A stretch of DNA of 64,000 nucleotides, from the IMG/VR virus record IMGVR_UViG_3300032226_000829, one strand, 5' to 3'. The notes under the pieces are model-generated. The model did not search any database, was not told where the DNA came from, and worked only from the letters and a program-made list of their open reading frames with translations. The position numbers were made by a program, and so were the translations under genes. Positions 10,201 through 16,019 of this stretch are shown here, in pieces (position 1 is the stretch's first letter; each line of letters starts with the position of its first letter). The stretch comes from a virus. Taxonomy: Duplodnaviria > Caudoviricetes.

Positions 10201-10362
10201 ATGATCAAAGAAAAACCATACTGTGTCAACTGCGGTGGGTCAACTCATTGTGGTAAAACTTTCAAAAGAAAAGAGAGCGAAACTGTCAATAACAAAGTCA
10301 CACGTGAATGGACCATAGAAGTATGCCGCAATTGTTGTTGTTCAAAATGTGACAAAGAGTAA
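10201..10362 (+). CDS. Small Cys-rich putative Zn-binding protein (53 aa), not in the ORF track
   Basis: Hand translation MIKEKPYCVNCGGSTHCGKTFKRKESETVNNKVTREWTIEVCRNCCCSKCDKE; fills the gap exactly, stop overlaps the next ATG (taATG). Confidence 0.8.
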   Translation: MIKEKPYCVNCGGSTHCGKTFKRKESETVNNKVTREWTIEVCRNCCCSKCDKE

Positions 10363-11081
10363 TGAAAATAGCCGAAATCACACATACCAAAATAACACTT
10401 GATTTGCACAACGAAAAGTTGTATAATAATACTTGCATGACAGAACAAAATCAAGTGAGACCCACTGTGTATTTGGACATGGATGGTGTGATTGCTGACT
10501 TTTTTGGTGGAGTGGAGAAATTGTACGGTGTGGATCACTGGAAACAATTGACTTCTGACAAAACCAAAGATCTCAAACAAGAAGTGATAGACAGAATAGC
10601 CGGCACAGATTTCTTTGCTAATCTGCCTAAATTTCCCACAACTGACACACTGATTGAAATGATTAAAAAATTCACTGGTGGAAAATACAGCATACTAACA
10701 TCTCCATTGAGAGGTGACACTGAAAACAGTGGATATTACAAAAAGATTTGGATAGGTAAAAACATAGTCAAGCCTGATGAGATTATTGTTACAGGCAGCA
10801 AAGAAGGTTGGGCCACAAAGAATGGTGTGAGCAACATATTGATTGACGATAGACCTATCAATATTGAAAAGTGGCGTGCCAAAGGTGGATATGGCATACT
10901 GTATCAAGCCAACAAAGATCCATTGAGCAAAGTCACACAAGCATTTGAAAATTATCATAAAAAACAATTGGAACCTGTGGAAGATGCAGCAGGCGTGGGC
11001 ATCATTACCAAACAAAATACCACTCGAGATGTCAAACCAGGTGAGATCCGCAGACAAGCAAAAAAATTAAAACTGGTTTAA
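10362..11081 (+). CDS. HAD-family 5'(3')-deoxyribonucleotidase-like protein with N- and C-terminal extensions
   Basis: YLDMDGVIADF (DxDxV), ILTSP, K, LIDDRPINIEKW; in-frame second ATG at 10437. Confidence 0.8.
   Translation: MKIAEITHTKITLDLHNEKLYNNTCMTEQNQVRPTVYLDMDGVIADFFGGVEKLYGVDHWKQLTSDKTKDLKQEVIDRIAGTDFFANLPKFPTTDTLIEMIKKFTGGKYSILTSPLRGDTENSGYYKKIWIGKNIVKPDEIIVTGSKEGWATKNGVSNILIDDRPINIEKWRAKGGYGILYQANKDPLSKVTQAFENYHKKQLEPVEDAAGVGIITKQNTTRDVKPGEIRRQAKKLKLV
10399..10427 (+). promoter_or_regulatory. sigma70-type promoter inside the nucleotidase ORF
   Basis: TTGATT (10399-10404), 17 nt, TATAAT (10422-10427); preceded by cac as at 2912 and 19946; in-frame ATG 10 nt downstream. Confidence 0.6.
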
Positions 11082-11085
11082 TACC

Positions 11086-11289
11086 ATGAAGATTCGTGAA
11101 GTAACAGAAAATTTTGCAGATGGCAAAGGTCCAGGCAAACCAGGTGACAGCAAGCGAGCAGGCATACCCAAAGGTGCTACCATCACACAATTAAAGAAGA
11201 TACGCAGTTCTAAAACAGCATCCGCACGCAAGAAACAACTGGCACACTGGCAGATAAACATGCGCCAAGGTCGCAAACGCAATAAATAA
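11086..11289 (+). CDS. Small basic putative internal head protein (67 aa)
   Basis: MKIREVTE N-terminus, Lys/Arg-rich body. Confidence 0.75.
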   Translation: MKIREVTENFADGKGPGKPGDSKRAGIPKGATITQLKKIRSSKTASARKKQLAHWQINMRQGRKRNK

Positions 11290-11306
11290 TAGTGTAAAAC
11301 ACTATT
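11283..11306 (+). promoter_or_regulatory. Late promoter core plus 8-bp hairpin abutting ATG 11307
   Basis: TAAATA 11283-11288; AATAGTGT-aaa-ACACTATT perfect inverted repeat 11288-11306. Confidence 0.55.
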
Positions 11307-11468
11307 ATGAAACTCAAAGAAATCACTCAAGGACTGCAAGAAAAACAGGATGCCTGCTATCGTAAGGTCAAATCCAGATACAAAGTGTGGCCCAGTGCCT
11401 ATGCATCAGGTGCATTGGTTCAGTGTCGTAAAAAAGGTGCAGCCAACTGGGGCAACAAGAGCAAATGA
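11307..11468 (+). CDS. Small basic putative internal head protein (53 aa), not in the ORF track
   Basis: Hand translation MKLKEITQGLQEKQDACYRKVKSRYKVWPSAYASGALVQCRKKGAANWGNKSK; ATGA overlap with the next gene; family N-terminal motif. Confidence 0.85.
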   Translation: MKLKEITQGLQEKQDACYRKVKSRYKVWPSAYASGALVQCRKKGAANWGNKSK

Positions 11469-11809
11469 AATATAGAGAGATTTTAGAAAAATGCTGGCAA
11501 GGTTATGTGCAGCGTGGCATGAAACCCAAAGGTGATAGAATGGTACCCAACTGTGTGCCCGTGAAGGAAATGGAAGAAGATTTAAAAAAATGGTTCCGTC
11601 AGAAGTGGGTGAGATTTGGTCCAGACGGCAAAATCAAAGGTGATTGTGCCAGAGGTTCTAGTAAAGAAGGCAAGCCCAAATGTTTGCCACAAGCCAAAGC
11701 ACACGCACTGGGTAAAAAAGGTCGTGCCACAGCAGCAGCAAGAAAAAGACGCGAGGATCCCAATCCAGAACGTCGTGGCTCTGCCAAGAATGTGAAGACA
11801 AAAAAATGA
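11465..11809 (+). CDS. Basic two-module putative internal head protein (114 aa)
   Basis: MKYREILE, then CWQGY...VPNCVP module, then a KWFRQKWV...KPKCLP module. Confidence 0.75.
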   Translation: MKYREILEKCWQGYVQRGMKPKGDRMVPNCVPVKEMEEDLKKWFRQKWVRFGPDGKIKGDCARGSSKEGKPKCLPQAKAHALGKKGRATAAARKRREDPNPERRGSAKNVKTKK

Positions 11810-11997
11810 AGATACGTGAAATAGTAGAATCCCGAGCAGATTATCATTACGGCATTGATCCAGCACAGTTGAGCTACACATTCAAAGTGGGCGATATATA
11901 CGGTCCAAAAAATCTCAAAGTGCCACACGCAAGGCTTTACAAAGGTGGCAAAGCAGTGAAAAAGCTGGGCATCACTGTGCCCAAAGTTCACAAATAA
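11806..11997 (+). CDS. Small putative internal head protein (63 aa)
   Basis: MKIREIVE N-terminus. Confidence 0.75.
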   Translation: MKIREIVESRADYHYGIDPAQLSYTFKVGDIYGPKNLKVPHARLYKGGKAVKKLGITVPKVHK

Positions 11998-12011
11998 TCC
12001 CAAACACCACA

Positions 12012-12017
12012 TAAATA
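12012..12017 (+). promoter_or_regulatory. T4-type late promoter core
   Basis: TAAATA in the gap, followed by AGG and ATG 12036. Confidence 0.5.
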
Positions 12018-12035
12018 CAGCATAGGCGAAACACA

Positions 12036-12236
12036 ATGAAAATAAGAGACATCATAAGAGAAGTGGCTTCTGTGGGATCAACGTCTGCGGGCAATATTGC
12101 CAGCATAGCCAATCCACAAGTGACCAATCCTTATGCTTACAAAAGTGCCAAAGCCAAACCCAAAAAACAAAAACCCACTGATAATGCACTGGACATGAAA
12201 AACGTCAGCATATTCGGCGGCCCATTAAAAAGATAA
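12036..12236 (+). CDS. Small putative internal head protein (66 aa)
   Basis: MKIRDIIRE N-terminus. Confidence 0.75.
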   Translation: MKIRDIIREVASVGSTSAGNIASIANPQVTNPYAYKSAKAKPKKQKPTDNALDMKNVSIFGGPLKR

Positions 12237-12239
12237 ATA
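12234..12239 (+). promoter_or_regulatory. T4-type late promoter core
   Basis: TAAATA overlapping the stop, 5 nt, ATG 12245. Confidence 0.55.
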
Positions 12240-12244
12240 CTCAT

Positions 12245-12622
12245 ATGAAATACAAACAGATCAAAGAAGGTTTAGGAGATGCAGCTCACAAAGCAGAGTT
12301 GGATCACGAAGTTCAAATGGCTCGTGCTGACTTATACAAGTTGGCCAAATACAGCATCAAACTGCATGAGTTATTAAAGAACGTTTCCGAAGCAGAAGGT
12401 CTGGAAGGTTGGGTTCAAGCCAAGATTACTAAAGCATCTGATTACATCAGTTCTGTGTATCATTACATGGATTATGATGAAAAATTTGATCAAGCTGAAA
12501 TTGACAGCATACCTGTGCAAGACATTGCGAAACAATCCGACGGCAAAATAGAAACCTACGAAGAGATTCTTTTTAAAATCTTAAATAAAAAAGTCACAGA
12601 GAAGAAAAATAACAAAAAATAA
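12245..12622 (+). CDS. Putative internal head protein (125 aa)
   Basis: MKYKQIKE N-terminus; helical DHEVQMAR...LEGWVQAKITKA block. Confidence 0.75.
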   Translation: MKYKQIKEGLGDAAHKAELDHEVQMARADLYKLAKYSIKLHELLKNVSEAEGLEGWVQAKITKASDYISSVYHYMDYDEKFDQAEIDSIPVQDIAKQSDGKIETYEEILFKILNKKVTEKKNNKK

Positions 12623-12639
12623 AAAATTGGAGTGCTGGA

Positions 12640-13158
12640 ATGAAAATTAATGAAATAGTTTCAGAAGCACCTTTTGTCAAAGCATTAAAAAGTTTCCCTG
12701 CTCAAGCAACCAAAGCTATAAAAAATTTCCCCAATCAAATAAAACAAGGCGCCAAAGACGTTAAACAAACAGTAAAAAACTTTCCAGGAAGTGTTCAAAA
12801 TTATTTGTCAAAAGACGACAATATGTCTAAAATAGCCACTGATATTTCCACCATAGGTGGTGGCCCAGGTCTTAAAGACTATGGAGCTGGTGACAAATCA
12901 TCAGATGCACAATTTCAGGATCTGTTAAATGTGCTACAGGATAAATCCTTGAGCAAAAAAATTGACAAGCAAAAAATTACCACAGCAATGACAAACATGT
13001 ATCAATCAGATAAACAACTTCCCACTGATAGACAGTATTTTATAAATGCAATCAAGCATTTATCCGCAACACATCCAGCGATCACGCCTGATAAAATATA
13101 CAGCGAGTATAAACCAATATTCAAAAGATATCAAATCAATCCTAACGAAATAAAATAA
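12640..13158 (+). CDS. Putative internal head protein (172 aa)
   Basis: MKINEIVSE N-terminus, GGAG SD; three K(S/N)FP repeats. Confidence 0.75.
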   Translation: MKINEIVSEAPFVKALKSFPAQATKAIKNFPNQIKQGAKDVKQTVKNFPGSVQNYLSKDDNMSKIATDISTIGGGPGLKDYGAGDKSSDAQFQDLLNVLQDKSLSKKIDKQKITTAMTNMYQSDKQLPTDRQYFINAIKHLSATHPAITPDKIYSEYKPIFKRYQINPNEIK

Positions 13159-13178
13159 TTGATTGATAACTATTGTGT

Positions 13179-13829
13179 ATGAATTTCGTAGTGAACACGC
13201 CATACATTCAAGCCTACATCAAAAAAGAATATCTGTATGACTTTCAAAAAGGTCATGGAGAATTTGTGCCTTGCACTTGGGTCACATTAAAGTCTATTCC
13301 TCGCAGAGCATTCTACATAGAAGCATATCTACCAGAATATGGTGCATTGTATGACAAATTGCCTTTGAGTGCATTCACTTGGCGCACAGATATCAAACCA
13401 GAAGAACAGTTGCCTTTGGATTACTTGCAATTGTGGGATGGTTTCAGCTATCATATCACCATCATTGAAAAACAATATCTACAGTACAGCCGAGTGGATG
13501 TGATTCTCAAAGATGGCAAAAAGATGTCAGGGGTATATCTGTTCACAGTGGACAGTGCTCATTCAGATCCCAACACTCCCAATGTGACTGAATCAGAAGT
13601 GCCATCTGAACACAAAGGACACAACATAGGCCAATTGGACAATGGTCAATTTTTTGCTCAGCCCAACAATAGAATGATCTGGCATGAATCCAGTGCCAAT
13701 CCAGGCAAGTTAAAAACACCCGATTTCAAAGTGAGTACCAAATATTGGCACTGTGAACAGAATGCCAAATGGGTGTTTGGTGATTCTGATGAATATTTTT
13801 ACAAAGAATCCAAAAAAGAAGACAAATAA
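13179..13829 (+). CDS. Hypothetical protein (216 aa; start reassigned to ATG 13179)
   Basis: Preceded by TAACTA (13167-13172) and 6 nt; aromatic-rich, no motif recognised. Confidence 0.75.
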   Translation: MNFVVNTPYIQAYIKKEYLYDFQKGHGEFVPCTWVTLKSIPRRAFYIEAYLPEYGALYDKLPLSAFTWRTDIKPEEQLPLDYLQLWDGFSYHITIIEKQYLQYSRVDVILKDGKKMSGVYLFTVDSAHSDPNTPNVTESEVPSEHKGHNIGQLDNGQFFAQPNNRMIWHESSANPGKLKTPDFKVSTKYWHCEQNAKWVFGDSDEYFYKESKKEDK

Positions 13830-13832
13830 ACC

Positions 13833-13861
13833 TTGACAATTGTGTGATAATCGATTACAAT
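13833..13861 (+). promoter_or_regulatory. sigma70-type early promoter
   Basis: TTGACA (13833-13838), 17 nt, TACAAT (13856-13861), then AAGGAG SD. Confidence 0.85.
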
Positions 13862-13890
13862 ATAACAATCTAAATCAAAGGAGAAATAAA

Positions 13891-14148
13891 ATGGCAAGAA
13901 CATATGGCCCAGAAGAACAAGCCAAACTGAAAAAAATAGTGGATGAAGGTGTTAATGTGCTTTCAGAAATTGAAGATTTAAGCACAGGTTTGAAAGACAC
14001 TATCAAAGCAGTGGCAGAAGAATTAGAAATTAAACCAGCCATCATCAACAGAGCAATCAAAATTGCTCAAAAAGGTGATTGGAACAAAGTTGCTGAAGAG
14101 TTTGACAATTTAGAAAACTTGGTGATAGCAGTAGGCAAAGACAAGTAA
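13891..14148 (+). CDS. Small dsDNA-binding protein, T4 DsbA/GapR-like (85 aa; start reassigned)
   Basis: Strong SD before ATG 13891; size and helical pattern LKDTIKAVAEELEIKPAIINRAIKIA resemble DsbA/GapR. Confidence 0.5.
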   Translation: MARTYGPEEQAKLKKIVDEGVNVLSEIEDLSTGLKDTIKAVAEELEIKPAIINRAIKIAQKGDWNKVAEEFDNLENLVIAVGKDK

Positions 14149-14157
14149 TCTATTAAG

Positions 14158-14382
14158 ATGATTAGATGGGTCGCAGCAGGGTTTGGTATCACAGCAGCCA
14201 CCATTCATGCCACGGCCATCATCTCCCTACAATGGTTGGGTTGGCTGATCTGCCTAGCATCCATATCCTTATGGTATTATATTGCCATACTGGACAAAGA
14301 CAGAGCTAGACAAACTCAACAGATATATTTTCTTATCATTGCTGTGATAGCAGTGTACAATTGGTCAAAACACATTTGGTAA
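14158..14382 (+). CDS. Three-TM membrane protein, PnuC/SemiSWEET half-transporter-like (74 aa)
   Basis: Three hydrophobic segments; pattern W...LW...D...Q...Y.W. Confidence 0.5.
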   Translation: MIRWVAAGFGITAATIHATAIISLQWLGWLICLASISLWYYIAILDKDRARQTQQIYFLIIAVIAVYNWSKHIW

Positions 14383-14386
14383 TCCT

Positions 14387-14680
14387 ATGAAGTACATCAT
14401 TGACATTGACAACACAATTTGCTATAATAAAGACAGCGATTATGTCAACAGTACACCTGACATCACACGCATAGCCCGAGTTAATCAGTTGTATGATGAT
14501 GGACACGAGATTCATTATTACACAGCAAGAGGTGGCAACAGTGGCAAAGACTGGAGTGAGTTAACTCGTCAACAGTTGACTGAATGGGGGTGCAAATTCC
14601 ATTCAGTAAATTTGGGCAAACCAGTGTATGATGTTTGGGTGGATGACAGAGCTGTTAAAGCAGAGGATTTTTTTAAATGA
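14387..14680 (+). CDS. Minimal HAD phosphatase (97 aa)
   Basis: IIDIDNTI (DxDxT), YYTARG, GKP, WVDDRA. Confidence 0.8.
   Translation: MKYIIDIDNTICYNKDSDYVNSTPDITRIARVNQLYDDGHEIHYYTARGGNSGKDWSELTRQQLTEWGCKFHSVNLGKPVYDVWVDDRAVKAEDFFK
14400..14428 (+). promoter_or_regulatory. Consensus sigma70 promoter within the HAD gene
   Basis: TTGACA (14400-14405), 17 nt, TATAAT (14423-14428) with extended -10 TGn; may partly reflect DID/CYN codons. Confidence 0.5.
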
Positions 14681-15735
14681 GAATAGATTATAACATACAT
14701 TTGGATTACGCAGACGTACTATTAAAACCCAAAAGATCCACACTGAGTTCAAGACGTGATGTGGACATGACTAGAGATTTCACATTTCGTAACAGCAAAC
14801 AGCAGATCTCATTTGTGCCTGTGGTTGCCAGCAACATGGATGGTGTGGGCACATTCAGTATGGCCAGAGTATTACAAGAATATAAACTTTTAACTGTGTT
14901 AAGAAAACATTACACCATTGCGGATTGGGACAGAGCAATAGGCACAGGATTAAAATTACAATATGTGAGTGCGTGTACAGGCACAGGAGCTATGTGGGAC
15001 AACAATTCACCAGACTATCAAACTTTAAAAAAAGTTATGGAGAAATATCCAGATGTGAGCATGATTACCATAGATGTGGCCAATGCTTATCATGAACAGT
15101 TTGTGGACTTTGTTAAGAGAATAAGATCTGAATTTCCCGACAAGACCATCATAGCAGGCAATGTGGTATCACCAGAGATGGTGGAAGAATTAATCATCAA
15201 TGGAGCAGACGTGGTCAAAGTGGGCATAGGTCCAGGATCAGTGTGTACCACTCGTACACAAACAGGAGTGGGAGTGCCACAGTTTTCTGCCATCATAGAA
15301 TGTGCTGATGCTGCCAACGGAGTGGGTGGACACATCATTGCTGATGGTGGTTGCACACAGCCAGGAGACATAGCCAAAGCATTGGCTGCAGGTGCTCACA
15401 TGGTGATGTTGGGTGGCATGCTGGCAGCACATGATGAATCAGAATTAGAATTGAAAGATGGCAAAAGAGTATTCTACGGCATGAGTTCCGAATCAGCATT
15501 TGAAAAACACGGCGCAAGAAAAGATGGCTACAGAGGCACTGAAGGCAAAACAGTAAAATTAGACAACAAAGGTCCTGTGAAAGACACTGTGGAACAGATA
15601 TTGGGTGGAGTCAGAAGCACTTGCACTTATATAGGAGCAAGAAGAATCAAAGACATGCCCAAGTGTGCTCACTTCGTGAGAGTGAACAATGTGATCAACA
15701 GAGTTTTTGACAGATATGAAACAAATAAAAATTGA
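14677..15735 (+). CDS. guaC: GMP reductase
   Basis: LDYADVLLKPKRSTLSSR, SNMDGVGT, KVGIGPGSVCTTR (catalytic Cys), IADGG, FYGMSS, EGKTV; no CBS domains. Confidence 0.92.
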   Translation: MRIDYNIHLDYADVLLKPKRSTLSSRRDVDMTRDFTFRNSKQQISFVPVVASNMDGVGTFSMARVLQEYKLLTVLRKHYTIADWDRAIGTGLKLQYVSACTGTGAMWDNNSPDYQTLKKVMEKYPDVSMITIDVANAYHEQFVDFVKRIRSEFPDKTIIAGNVVSPEMVEELIINGADVVKVGIGPGSVCTTRTQTGVGVPQFSAIIECADAANGVGGHIIADGGCTQPGDIAKALAAGAHMVMLGGMLAAHDESELELKDGKRVFYGMSSESAFEKHGARKDGYRGTEGKTVKLDNKGPVKDTVEQILGGVRSTCTYIGARRIKDMPKCAHFVRVNNVINRVFDRYETNKN

Positions 15736-15955
15736 TCTAATTCTCAAATGGATAGCCACAGCCATATTGATTGTGGGCACATTTGTTAATGCTGGATTTC
15801 CAGAACTATATCCCGTGGGACCAATACTGTTGGCCTTGGGTGGAGTATTTTGGTTGGTAGTTTCATTGATTTGGCGAGAACCTGCACTGATTGTGACCAA
15901 CATTGTGTTGACATGTGTGGGCTTTGGTGGTATAATACTATATTACATTAGATAA
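15716..15955 (+). CDS. Three-TM membrane protein, PnuC/SemiSWEET half-transporter-like (79 aa)
   Basis: Three hydrophobic segments; LKWIAT...FW...WRE.AL...N. Confidence 0.5.
   Translation: MKQIKIDLILKWIATAILIVGTFVNAGFPELYPVGPILLALGGVFWLVVSLIWREPALIVTNIVLTCVGFGGIILYYIR
15908..15936 (+). promoter_or_regulatory. Perfect sigma70 promoter for DNA polymerase, embedded in the upstream ORF
   Basis: TTGACA (15908-15913), 17 nt, TATAAT (15931-15936) with TGn. Confidence 0.9.
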
Positions 15956-15958
15956 GGC

Positions 15959-16007
15959 ATAATCGGCCATAAGCGATTATTTGGTATGTGTCAGCCTTAA
16001 ATGACAC
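15959..16007 (+). promoter_or_regulatory. Twin hairpins in the polymerase 5' UTR (candidate translational operator)
   Basis: ATAATCG-gccataag-CGATTAT (15959-15980) and GTGTCA-gccttaaa-TGACAC (15988-16007). Confidence 0.7.
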
Positions 16008-16019
16008 GGATTGGAACAT

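Noticed and set aside
13840-13890. N-terminal extension MCDNRLQYNN of the DsbA-like ORF, and similar extensions at 16011, 25128, 35168, 36693, 50820, 60502, 62120
   Set aside because: They run through promoters, hairpins or upstream genes; downstream ATGs have SD motifs or stop-start coupling
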